Position numbers and translations under genes: made by a program | The notes under the pieces: generated by a model | What the model was told of the DNA's origin: nothing | Seen by the model: only the letters and a program-made list of their open reading frames with translations | Database searches by the model: none | Origin: Desulfovibrio sp. | GTDB taxonomy: Bacteria > Desulfobacterota > Desulfovibrionia > Desulfovibrionales > Desulfovibrionaceae | Direction: 5' to 3' | Assembly: GCA_017454855.1 (NCBI GenBank) | Contig: JAFTCE010000028.1 | Location: 23,575-87,574, forward strand | DNA length: 64,000 nucleotides | Part shown: in pieces, positions 45,644 through 54,624 of the stretch | Position numbering within the stretch: position 1 is the first letter of the stretch | How the letters are laid out: each line of letters begins with the position of its first letter

Positions 45644-46300
45644 TTACATTTGCTTCGTAGCTCGCATACGGCGCAGCCAAGCATACCACTGCTGTAAACC
45701 GTCTCCATTACGGCAGGATACTTCAAAAATTTCCAGGCTTTTGTTCAGCTTGGTGGCAAAATTGCACGCCCGCCCCAAATCAAAATCCACATAGGGCAGC
45801 AAATCCATTTTATTCAGAACAAGAACCTTAGCAAGATTGAACAGCAAAGGGTATTTTTCCGGCTTATCGTCCCCTTCAGTGACACTGAGCAAGGCGACCT
45901 TGGCGTCCTCACCACAATCAAACTCCACAGGACACACCAGGTTTCCGACATTTTCAATAAACAAAATATCGACATGGTCGAGATCCAGACTTTCAAGTGC
46001 GCTCAAAACCAAGTTGCTGTCTAGATGGCAGCCTCCTTCGGTATTAATCTGCACGGCCTGCGCGCCGGTAGCAGCTACGCGACGAGCGTCGTTATCCGTT
46101 TGCAAATCGCCTTCGATCACGGCCATGCGAAATTCTCCAGACAAATCTTTCAATGTCCGCTCAAGCAAAGCAGTTTTCCCCGCTCCAGGAGAACTGATGA
46201 TATTGAGCGTCAAAATATCTTTGGCGGTCAAGGTATCACGTACATGAGCGGCCATTTTCTCATTCGCTTCAAGCACGTTGCGTACTACGGGTATTTTCAT
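45644..46300 (-). CDS. hypB: Hydrogenase nickel incorporation GTPase HypB
   Basis: SSPGAGKT, EGD, GGCH, ENVGNLVCP, NKMD. Start MKIPVVRNV after GGAG. Confidence 0.95.
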   Translation of the reverse strand: MKIPVVRNVLEANEKMAAHVRDTLTAKDILTLNIISSPGAGKTALLERTLKDLSGEFRMAVIEGDLQTDNDARRVAATGAQAVQINTEGGCHLDSNLVLSALESLDLDHVDILFIENVGNLVCPVEFDCGEDAKVALLSVTEGDDKPEKYPLLFNLAKVLVLNKMDLLPYVDFDLGRACNFATKLNKSLEIFEVSCRNGDGLQQWYAWLRRMRATKQM

Positions 46301-46385
46301 GGCATTCTCCTTGTTGTCGGACAGCAAACGCTTTTTGCTGCATACACATGATGGACTGTGACGTATGGTTTGCGCAAAATGGCAT

Positions 46386-46739
46386 CTATCGAGCCTCAAG
46401 GCGGTTGAGCAATAATTCCCGACCTTGTTCAACGACATGTCCCAATTGTTCTCCGCAGGCTGGGCAAGGCATCCAGAGCGCATCTTGTCCCTCCCCGCCA
46501 AAAATATTGCCGCAGGAGGAACAGCGCAAACGTAGAGGCAATTTGATGATATGCAGCTTTGCTTCTGCATACGCAGTATCGCGCACAAGAATATCAAAGC
46601 AAACTTTGAGGGATTCTGGTTCCACCCCGCAGATGGCCCCAAGCGTTACCCATATTTTTTCCAAACGGGTACACCCACTTCGAGTCATCTCATCCTCTGC
46701 CATCTGCAAGAGACTTTGAGCTATGGACATTTCATGCAT
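46386..46739 (-). CDS. hypA: Hydrogenase maturation nickel chaperone HypA
   Basis: MHEMSIA, CSSC...CPAC. Confidence 0.95.
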   Translation of the reverse strand: MHEMSIAQSLLQMAEDEMTRSGCTRLEKIWVTLGAICGVEPESLKVCFDILVRDTAYAEAKLHIIKLPLRLRCSSCGNIFGGEGQDALWMPCPACGEQLGHVVEQGRELLLNRLEAR

Positions 46740-46803
46740 GTTTCAAGACTACTCACAAGAGCTTTGGCCGTAAAGCCATGATACCAGTCCCCTTTGACCT
46801 GCC

Positions 46804-47532
46804 CTAAGGCTGAGATACGGGCTTACGGCTGAGCTGAACGGGCTTGCCAAGCCTCAGACTTTCTGCGGCTTGCAGCACCTCTGCCGCTCTTGTGGCGTCA
46901 CCACGCAGCAGCACCAGTACCAAATACAGTTTGCCCGTACGCTGCATACGGGTGCGCAGTCCACGGCCTTCCAGGCGTTGACGCACGGCATCAACAGTGT
47001 CTTGATCCTTGAACGCCCCCATTTGAAAGACATAATCGTATACCTTAGCTGATGTGCCAGCAATTTGCTGCTGCAATGGATCGGTCGATGCCGGGGCTTG
47101 TCGCGTCGAGGGCTGTTCCACAGCGGTAATGGCGCTTGTCGCCTGGGCAGTTGGCTGCGATTTGGAAGGCTTGCTGGGAGGGGGGGATTGTTTTGCCTGA
47201 ACATCAGCCAAGGGTGATTCGTTGCGCAACACCCTGGAAAAACGCAAATCCTCCGCAGCAAGAACTTTCTGTTCCTGCGCCGACGCAGCCTTGACCTGTT
47301 GTGGCTCCGAGGCTTTTTCCAAGGTTTTTTCATCAACACGCTTTTGAACACTCTCCCCGATCGCTTCCTGATGCGTCTCAGGATGCGCGTGCCAATATAC
47401 ACGTCCCGTCATGACTCCTCCAAGATAGGCCAACACTATGGCCATCATGGACAGAAAGCACACTGACAGCAAGGAAGGGATGCGCAAGATCATGCATGGC
47501 TTTGCGTCATGTTTGCCTGGGGCGGATGACAT
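46804..47532 (-). CDS. SPOR-domain membrane-anchored protein (FtsN-like)
   Basis: N-terminal TM, low-complexity linker, FQMGAFKD SPOR start. AGGAG RBS. Confidence 0.8.
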   Translation of the reverse strand: MSSAPGKHDAKPCMILRIPSLLSVCFLSMMAIVLAYLGGVMTGRVYWHAHPETHQEAIGESVQKRVDEKTLEKASEPQQVKAASAQEQKVLAAEDLRFSRVLRNESPLADVQAKQSPPPSKPSKSQPTAQATSAITAVEQPSTRQAPASTDPLQQQIAGTSAKVYDYVFQMGAFKDQDTVDAVRQRLEGRGLRTRMQRTGKLYLVLVLLRGDATRAAEVLQAAESLRLGKPVQLSRKPVSQP

Positions 47533-47838
47533 GGCTGCTCCTGCACGGTAACAGTTTTGGTGCGTACCGAATCAAATCCGGCAGCACGATGACGACGTTC
47601 CTCATAAAGCATATCAGTGTTGCGGGCCGGGGTAAAGCATTGGGCTGCAGCGCGGTCTACCGAAATAGCTGGGAGAGACAGCCCAATGCAAATTTTTCCC
47701 CAAATTGCGGTTGCAATTTTGTTGGCAAGTCGCCTAAACTACTTCCAAGCGTTTTTTGCAGCGTCGAGCCACCGCTGCCCGCGTCATCTTTACTCGGGCC
47801 GTGGCTCGGTGATGTCAACATCAACTGGAGGTTTACGA

Positions 47839-48837
47839 ATGAAACGTTTTGTTGTTTTATTTGCCGTCCTTGGCCTGGTCTGTGGTATGGCGATGGGTTT
47901 CGCCCCCAGTTCCGATGCCGCGACCTTGATCAGAATTGCCGGCATGAAACCCGAAGGCGAGCCTGAAACCATTGGCATGCACAAATTTGGCGAGTATCTG
48001 GAACAGCTTTCCAATGGCAAGTATAAGGTACAGGTCATTCCCAACAGCCTGGCCGGCAAGGAAGACAAATACATTGCCGACACAAGGCGCGGTGCCCTGC
48101 AGATGTGCGCTACCGGCACACAGACCTCCGCCATCCATCCGGCTATGGCCATGCTGGAAACTCCCATGCTCTTTGAAAGTCTGGATCATGCCCAGCGCGC
48201 CATGAATGGCGGTAAAACCTTCCAGCTCATCAATGCGGGCTTTCCGGAAAAATCCGGTCTGCGTACCATGAATGCCTTCCCCTTGGGCTTCCGACACTTC
48301 TACACCCGCAAACCACTGAAGAGCGTGAGCGATCTCAAGGGCTTGAAGATGCGCGTCCCCAACATCACCCTGTACACGACCTTTGCCAAGGAATGCGGCA
48401 TCAGCGGTCAGGCCATGCCCTTTGCCGAAGTGATGACCTCCCTTGACCAGGGTGTTATCGATGGCGGCGATAGCCCCTTGGCTGATATCGTCAGCACCAA
48501 GATGTATGAAAAAGCGCCTGAAATCACACTTTCAGGGCACATTCTTGTTATCCATTGCCTGTATATCAACGAAAAATTTTATCAGTCTCTGCCTGCGGAG
48601 GACAAAAAATGGTTCGACGAGGCTGCTAAGCGCTCGGCTGACGATCTGTGGGATATGATGAAGGGCATTGACGAAAAGGCCAGAGAGACCATCCTTGCGC
48701 ACAATGGCCACATCACCACCCCGGACGAAGCCTTCCGCAACCACCTTAAGGAAGCTGCCAAGCGTACCTGGAAGCTCTTCTACGACACGGTACCCAATGC
48801 CAAGGAAATTCTCGAAAGTGCAAATGCCTATAAGTAA
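47839..48837 (+). CDS. dctP: TRAP transporter substrate-binding protein
   Basis: Signal peptide, LGFRHF, DLKGLKMRVP, MPFAEV. GGAGG RBS. Confidence 0.92.
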   Translation: MKRFVVLFAVLGLVCGMAMGFAPSSDAATLIRIAGMKPEGEPETIGMHKFGEYLEQLSNGKYKVQVIPNSLAGKEDKYIADTRRGALQMCATGTQTSAIHPAMAMLETPMLFESLDHAQRAMNGGKTFQLINAGFPEKSGLRTMNAFPLGFRHFYTRKPLKSVSDLKGLKMRVPNITLYTTFAKECGISGQAMPFAEVMTSLDQGVIDGGDSPLADIVSTKMYEKAPEITLSGHILVIHCLYINEKFYQSLPAEDKKWFDEAAKRSADDLWDMMKGIDEKARETILAHNGHITTPDEAFRNHLKEAAKRTWKLFYDTVPNAKEILESANAYK

Positions 48838-48847
48838 CTAGACATCT

Positions 48848-48878
48848 GCGGGCCGAAACACATCTTGTTTTGGCCCGC
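48848..48878 (+). terminator. Hairpin directly after dctP
   Basis: GCGGGCCGAAACA-catct-TGTTTTGGCCCGC; no U tract. Confidence 0.5.
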
Positions 48879-48917
48879 TGTCATACCTACTGCATTCAGA
48901 CACAACAATGCGCAGAG

Positions 48918-49199
48918 GTTATTGCCACAATCGGCGCCATCCGCCAACAGACACTCCGTTAGCGGCGCAGAGGAGTCGTGCGGCCCGCCATGAAGGCAAG
49001 GGTTACGAAAAGGATGCCTCGGCTTCGCCCTTTGTCAAGCGCATTTTCCCTCGAAGCATTGCCAAGGCTGGCAATGCTTGTTGGCTGCGTCAGCGGCCAA
49101 CTCGGTTTCGCATCCTGGCGAAAACGACGCCAACGTGGTTTCGCTTCCTGGCGAAATCAATGAAGGAGAAGGTTTCCAACCACTAAGGAATTTCTGATG
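48918..49199 (+). repeat. Dispersed modular hairpin-rich element, copy B
   Basis: Collinear with copies A and C. Contains a 33-nt-period tandem duplication (49096-49161). Ends on the dctQ ATG. Confidence 0.9.
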
Positions 49200-49742
49200 A
49201 ACGATACGGAAACACGGGTTCCCGCAGACGATTCCCATGCACAGCCAGAGGAATCAACACAGCGCAAGGAAGGACTCATTCAACTGCTCTTTGAAATTTT
49301 CTGTGCCTGTATCTTTCTGGGCATGATCGGATTGGTATTTTACAATGCCTTCCTGCGCTATGTTTTTGATTCCAGTTTTCCGCCCAGTGAGGAATGGGCG
49401 CGCTTTTTGTTTATTTACATCACTTTTTTCGGCGCCATTGAAGCCTTTATTCACAAAAAACACATAGCCGTGGATCTCCTGGTATCCAGCATCAAGGGCG
49501 TCTCCAAAAAAAGCGTCACCATTCTTGCCTCTCTGTGCAGTATTTTCGCCCTTGGACTCTTGCTCTACGGCGGTATCATCAATGTCCTACAGACCATGGA
49601 CACCTACTCCGTGGCCACAGGAGTCAACATGGCCTTTATTAATGGCACCCTGCCCATCATGGCTCTGGCGGCCATTGTGGTAGAAATCCGCTCGCTGCTG
49701 GCTCTCCTGAACAAGCCGGCATCTTCCTTCCAAAAGGGCTAG
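49197..49742 (+). CDS. dctQ: TRAP transporter small permease
   Basis: 4 TM, LRYVF...SEEWARFLFIYITFFGA, HIAVD. Confidence 0.9.
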   Translation: MNDTETRVPADDSHAQPEESTQRKEGLIQLLFEIFCACIFLGMIGLVFYNAFLRYVFDSSFPPSEEWARFLFIYITFFGAIEAFIHKKHIAVDLLVSSIKGVSKKSVTILASLCSIFALGLLLYGGIINVLQTMDTYSVATGVNMAFINGTLPIMALAAIVVEIRSLLALLNKPASSFQKG

Positions 49743-49751
49743 GAGCGCGTC

Positions 49752-51041
49752 ATGGAGCTGTTCATCTTTCTCGGCACACTCTTTTTCTTCATGTTTCTGG
49801 GCATCCCTCTGGCCCTTGTTCTGGTTCTCTGCGCCATTGTCCTCATGTGGCACGCAGACATGTGGGAAGCCATGCTCATCCCCGGGAGCATGCTGGACGG
49901 CGCCAACAACTACCCGCTCATGGCCATTCCCTTCTTTGTCTTTGCCGGGGAAATCATGGCCGCCGGAGGACTTTCCAAACGTGTGGTGCAACTGGCGCAA
50001 CTCATGATAGGCCGGGTTCGTGGCGGTTTGGGCTATGCGGCCATCATTTCCAGCATTATCTTTGCCGGTCTCATGGGCAGTTCCGTAGGCGAGGCGGCTG
50101 CCTTGGGCGGTCTGCTCCTGCCCATGATGCGCAAGGTTGGCTATCATCCAGGGCGCGCTGGCGCCGTTATCGCCTCGGGGGCCATTCTCGGCCCCATCAT
50201 CCCACCCAGCACCAACTTCATCCTGCTGGGCGCGACCGTCAGCGGACTTTCCATCACTAAACTCTTCATGATTGGACTCATGCCGGGCATCTTCATTGGC
50301 CTTGCGCTGTGCTTTGTATGGTTTTTCATCGTGCGGCTCGACGGGTACAACGAAACCATCTCCTTTACCCGGCAAGAATCCCTGCGCATTCTTGTTGACG
50401 CCACCCCGGCCTTTCTCATGCCGGTACTGCTGCTGGGAGGCATCCGTTTTGGCGTATTCACTCCCACGGAAGGCGGCGCTTTCGCGGCCATCTATGCCAT
50501 CGTGATCTGCACGCTCTACTACCGCGAACTCTCGTTTCGCGAGCTGCTACGCGTCAGCGCACGGGCCGCACGCACCACATCGGTCGTCATGCTCATCGTG
50601 GCCACTGCGTCCGCCGTGGGCTATTTCATCACCATCGCGCAAATCCCCGATCAGATGACGAAGCTCTTTTCCCCGCTCATCGACAGCCCGATCTTGCTCC
50701 CGCTGTGCATCAATGTTTTCCTCTTCCTCATCGGCATGGTCATGGATTTGACGCCCAACATCTTGATTTTCGCCCCTGTGTTCTACCCGCTTATAACGCA
50801 GGCCGGCATTGATCCCTATTATTTCGGCCTCCTGTTTATCCTGAACCTGGGCATTGGCGTCATCACGCCGCCTGTGGGAACCGTACTCTATGTGGTTTGC
50901 GGTGTGGGCAATGTGAAATTCAGCGAACTGACGGTCAAACTCGTGCCCTTCCTCCTTGTGGAAATGCTCATGCTCTTCTTGCTGCTCTTCTTCCCCAAGT
51001 TGTCCATTGTCCCCATGAACTGGCTCATGGGCGGCAGTTAG
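49752..51041 (+). CDS. dctM: TRAP transporter large permease
   Basis: LMAIPFFVFAGEIM, IIPPS, GVFTPTEGGA, GVITPPVG. Confidence 0.93.
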   Translation: MELFIFLGTLFFFMFLGIPLALVLVLCAIVLMWHADMWEAMLIPGSMLDGANNYPLMAIPFFVFAGEIMAAGGLSKRVVQLAQLMIGRVRGGLGYAAIISSIIFAGLMGSSVGEAAALGGLLLPMMRKVGYHPGRAGAVIASGAILGPIIPPSTNFILLGATVSGLSITKLFMIGLMPGIFIGLALCFVWFFIVRLDGYNETISFTRQESLRILVDATPAFLMPVLLLGGIRFGVFTPTEGGAFAAIYAIVICTLYYRELSFRELLRVSARAARTTSVVMLIVATASAVGYFITIAQIPDQMTKLFSPLIDSPILLPLCINVFLFLIGMVMDLTPNILIFAPVFYPLITQAGIDPYYFGLLFILNLGIGVITPPVGTVLYVVCGVGNVKFSELTVKLVPFLLVEMLMLFLLLFFPKLSIVPMNWLMGGS

Positions 51042-51061
51042 GCAAACCACGCAACGCCGTT

Positions 51062-51095
51062 AAAACCGCCCCCCACATTGCGGGGCGGTTTTTTT
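51062..51095 (+). terminator. Rho-independent terminator of the TRAP operon
   Basis: AAAACCGCCCC...GGGGCGGTTTTTTT. Confidence 0.85.
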
Positions 51096-51128
51096 ACGAA
51101 AAAACCCTATAGTCAAGGAACGTCAGCC

Positions 51129-52028
51129 ATGCTTCTCCGCTATCCCGTGGCCGCAGGACGCTTCTACCCCGACGCGCCCCAAACCCTGCTGGCCGAAGTA
51201 CGCCACTGGCTTGCGTACGAATTTTCATCTGATGCCGCTACTGCCCCTGGACATAACGCAACAACTGGCGGCATCATGCTGCCCCATGCGGGCTATGTCT
51301 ACTGTGGCGCCGTCATCGGAGCCACTCTGGCCAGCACTAGAGCGACCTGGGTCAGCCACGCCTCATCCCAGGCCAAATCACCATTGCCGCAACGACTTCT
51401 TCTGCTCTGCCCCAACCATACCGGGATGGGGCATCCACTGGGGATCTGGCCTGAGGGCGCATGGCGTACGCCTCTGGGAGACGTGCCTGTCGATGCAGAA
51501 CTGGCGCAAGCCCTGCTCGCGGGCAAGGCCGGTTTTGCCGCAGACACAGCCGCCCACATGCATGAGCATGCCATCGAAGTACTCCTACCATTTCTGCAAT
51601 GCCCATCAAGGCCGTTACGCGTGACCCCCGTCTGCATTGGCACTAGCACGGCCCCGGCCCTGCGTCGGGCAGGAGAATTTCTGGCCGAGGTTATCCAGCA
51701 GTGTGAAGCCGAAGGTGAACCAGTAGGCATCATTGTCAGTTCCGACATGAACCACTATGAGGATCAGGAAACAACGCTGCGCAAGGATAACCTTGCCCTT
51801 GCAGCCATATGTGCCTGCGACGCCCAAGGTCTGCTTGACGTTACACGGCGTGAACAGATCACCATGTGCGGCGCAGCCCCCATGGCGCTTGCGCTGTTCG
51901 CCATGCAAAGCCTAGGAAAACCGTGGGCGACACTCTGTGCGCACGACACTTCGGCATCGGCTTCTGGGGATCTGCGACATGTGGTCGGCTACGCCGGAGT
52001 GCGCTTCGGCTGGGAACCCATGTCGTAG
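51129..52028 (+). CDS. amrB: AmmeMemoRadiSam system protein B (MEMO1 family)
   Basis: VAAGRFYP, PHAGYVYCG, CPNHTG, EHAIEV, SSDMNHY, TMCG, VVGYAG. Confidence 0.9.
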   Translation: MLLRYPVAAGRFYPDAPQTLLAEVRHWLAYEFSSDAATAPGHNATTGGIMLPHAGYVYCGAVIGATLASTRATWVSHASSQAKSPLPQRLLLLCPNHTGMGHPLGIWPEGAWRTPLGDVPVDAELAQALLAGKAGFAADTAAHMHEHAIEVLLPFLQCPSRPLRVTPVCIGTSTAPALRRAGEFLAEVIQQCEAEGEPVGIIVSSDMNHYEDQETTLRKDNLALAAICACDAQGLLDVTRREQITMCGAAPMALALFAMQSLGKPWATLCAHDTSASASGDLRHVVGYAGVRFGWEPMS

Positions 52029-52075
52029 TAAAGACACGCCCGTTTGCTATCAAAAAACATACCGAAGAGGATATC

Positions 52076-52390
52076 ATGAAAGTATGCATTGCCTACATGC
52101 ACGGCAAACCTGTCATGCTGGAATTGCGCGATGGCATCGCCTATATTGACGACATTCCCCAGCCCATCAAGCATCTTGAAGAAAAACAGCTACAGGAATT
52201 CAGCGTTGCCATCCAGGCCATTCCGTACAGTGTGGATCCAGGGTACGACGCCCTGGTCAATGCCAAGCGTGCGGCCTTCATTGCCGAATTGCTGGGCCTG
52301 GCCGTGGGGGATGACTGCATCAATCTGCTGACGCACATCCTAGATCATGTTCATTACAATGTGCTGGAATATCTGGGAGAAACAGAATGA
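52076..52390 (+). CDS. Hypothetical protein (104 aa)
   Basis: GAGGA RBS before the ATG; globular-looking composition; no family recognised. Confidence 0.7.
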   Translation: MKVCIAYMHGKPVMLELRDGIAYIDDIPQPIKHLEEKQLQEFSVAIQAIPYSVDPGYDALVNAKRAAFIAELLGLAVGDDCINLLTHILDHVHYNVLEYLGETE

Positions 52391-52432
52391 CAGCGCTGCC
52401 GTGCGGAACCTTGACCCCTCAATCCGTGCCAT

Positions 52433-52667
52433 GTTTCAATCCACAGTCGGCTCCACCCGCCGACTGACTCCGTCATCGGCGGATAGGAGCCGTGCGGATT
52501 GCCCCTCCCTGGTAGAGGAAGACTCTGCATAACAACCTGTAACTTCCTTCGTCGTAACAGGCCGATAAAAGGAAAGGGTTGAAAAGGATGCTTTCGGCTT
52601 CGCCGTCCGTCAAGAACATTTTTCCCCCTCAAGAGGGAGATTTCAAACCACTAAGGTATTTTTGATG
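52433..52667 (+). repeat. Dispersed modular hairpin-rich element, copy C
   Basis: Collinear with A and B. Lacks the internal AAGCATTGCC hairpin module but has an extra insert of about 55 nt. Ends AACCACTAAGGTATTTTTGATG. Confidence 0.88.
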
Positions 52668-53591
52668 CAAAGGCTACGCAAACCCGGCAAGGCCCTGGGC
52701 CTACGATTCACTCTTCAAGAATGGGCCTTGTGCGGTGTCACCATGCTCTGGGGCGCAACCTTTCTTGTGGTGCGCCTTTGCATGCAGGAAAGCGGCCCTT
52801 TCTGGTTTGTGGGCCTGCGGTTCAGCGCAGCTTCCGTAGCACTGCTGCTCTGCTCCCTGCCCGTCCTGCGGGGCATCACGCGCAGGGAACTCCTGGGCGG
52901 AACGGCACTGGGCATGGTCATTTTCTGCGGATTTTCCTTGCAAACCATGGGCCTGGTAGAAATTTCAGCAGCCCAATCGGCCTTCATCACTGCCTTCTAT
53001 GTGCCGCTGGTTCCGCTTTTTGAACTACTCCTCATGCGGCACAGGCCCAAGCCATCGGCATGGATAGGCATGGCCCTGGCCTTCCCGGGAGTGCTGCTGC
53101 TGACGGGAACGGAGAACATTTCCGCAGGATTTGGCTCCGGCTCCGGCGTCACGCTGCTCTGTGCCGTGGCCTTTGCCGTGGAAATTGTCCTGACAGGTGT
53201 GATCGTGCCCGGCACCAACCCCCGGCGCATTGCCTGTGTGGAGCTGACCGTCACGGCATTGCTGGGCTTTGCCTCCATGCCCCTTGCCGGAGAAAGTCCG
53301 CCTCCCCTGTCCTGGTTGGTCGTAGTCGGGGCCTGCGGCATGGGCTTGCTCACCGCCTGTATTCAGAGTGTCATCGCTTGGGCGCAAAAAACCGTGCCGC
53401 CCACAAGAGCCACCATCATCTATACCGGTGAACCCATCTGGGGCGGTCTTTTTGGCTATATGGCTGGAGAACGCCTGCCAACCACGGCTCTTTTGGGCTG
53501 CTGCCTCGTGGTCTCGGGCATACTCGTCAGCAGTGCAAAAAAACACAGCCGTCAGGCTGCAAACAAGCCCCTGGCGAGACATTCCTCGTAA
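52665..53591 (+). CDS. DMT/EamA family transporter
   Basis: Two EamA repeats (LWGATF, SAFITAFYVPLVP, EPIWGGLFGY). Confidence 0.9.
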   Translation: MQRLRKPGKALGLRFTLQEWALCGVTMLWGATFLVVRLCMQESGPFWFVGLRFSAASVALLLCSLPVLRGITRRELLGGTALGMVIFCGFSLQTMGLVEISAAQSAFITAFYVPLVPLFELLLMRHRPKPSAWIGMALAFPGVLLLTGTENISAGFGSGSGVTLLCAVAFAVEIVLTGVIVPGTNPRRIACVELTVTALLGFASMPLAGESPPPLSWLVVVGACGMGLLTACIQSVIAWAQKTVPPTRATIIYTGEPIWGGLFGYMAGERLPTTALLGCCLVVSGILVSSAKKHSRQAANKPLARHSS

Positions 53592-54301
53592 ATATCGTCA
53601 AAGATGACGGGAAATTCTTTGTGCATGGCCTTAAGCGTCGGCAGCATCACCCTGCGCATGTCTGGATGCGGCGCACCGGTCGTACCCAGGGCGCGAAGCT
53701 TGAAAATATGCCTCCATTCCCGCAGGTTCGCCGTGACATATATCTCCGCCGCAGTACACTGGGGCAACACAGAACGGGCCTCCTGCGGCTGCCTGCCAAA
53801 GACCCGCGTCAGCGTCATGTAGGCCCAGTTGGCGTAGACTGCCGAGAGAAACCAAACATCAAAGGCATTGGCCATCAATGGCACGTTCTCGACCTTGCCC
53901 CGTTCTCGATACAAGGGAAATGTCACCGGCTGGAGCGCCTCTTCGGGATCAAAGTACAGCGGCTTGACGACGTGGATGCTGTTGCCAAACTTGTCCTGGC
54001 TGTAATTGCAGTAACGCGTGCTGCTCTGGGCATAGGCAGCCAAGCGGTGACGCACGAGTTCGTGAGTCACCCCCCTGTCCGTATAAAAGTAGGCCGTCAC
54101 CCAGATGTGTTCAATCATGGCTTCGTGGCCACGATCCAAGATACCGCGCAGAAATCTGGCATAGCTGTCCTCGCTGATTCTGTCCTCGGATTTGTAGCAT
54201 GTGCGGGCTATGCGCTCCAGATGCTTCAGAGCTTCCCTGCCAGAAACCAGATTCAATATCTCTACCCTTGGGTCATCCACTACGGGTTCAAACTCAAGCA
54301 T
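53552..54301 (-). CDS. thyX: FAD-dependent thymidylate synthase
   Basis: RHR-x7-S-x-R motif (RHRLAAYAQSSTR), ARSVLP, NLREWRH, AHP-like APHPDMR. Confidence 0.92.
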   Translation of the reverse strand: MLEFEPVVDDPRVEILNLVSGREALKHLERIARTCYKSEDRISEDSYARFLRGILDRGHEAMIEHIWVTAYFYTDRGVTHELVRHRLAAYAQSSTRYCNYSQDKFGNSIHVVKPLYFDPEEALQPVTFPLYRERGKVENVPLMANAFDVWFLSAVYANWAYMTLTRVFGRQPQEARSVLPQCTAAEIYVTANLREWRHIFKLRALGTTGAPHPDMRRVMLPTLKAMHKEFPVIFDDIYEECLARGLFAA

Positions 54302-54624
54302 CTTTCTGCTCCTCTGCACTCTTTTGCCAGAAAATGTATATAGGGAAAAGGTCAGCTTTGGCTGCTAGATGTTCCTAGGCGGACTATGCAGCTTCGAGCT
54401 AAGGATCAAATGTCAATCTACTAAAGTTGCCCTAGCCTGACAAGCACAGCGCAAACCACAATGAGCGTATATAATGCATCCCCCCGATATCACGATTTTC
54501 AGACAATACCTGTATTGCTTTTCTAAAAAAATTTTAGTAGGCGAAGAAATACTTATTCTGCAGTGGCCCTGTGTGTCATACAAAGCTCGTAAACAAACAT
54601 CTCCGTCAGGCAAGTAGTGAAACC

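Noticed and set aside
45644-46642. 332-aa HypB overlapping hypA
   Set aside because: Artefact of an upstream start; the real start is 46300 with a GGAG RBS.
31962-52667. CRISPR array
   Set aside because: The repeat-like 36-mers are solitary, 3.5 to 17 kb apart, with no repeat-spacer periodicity and no cas genes in the window.
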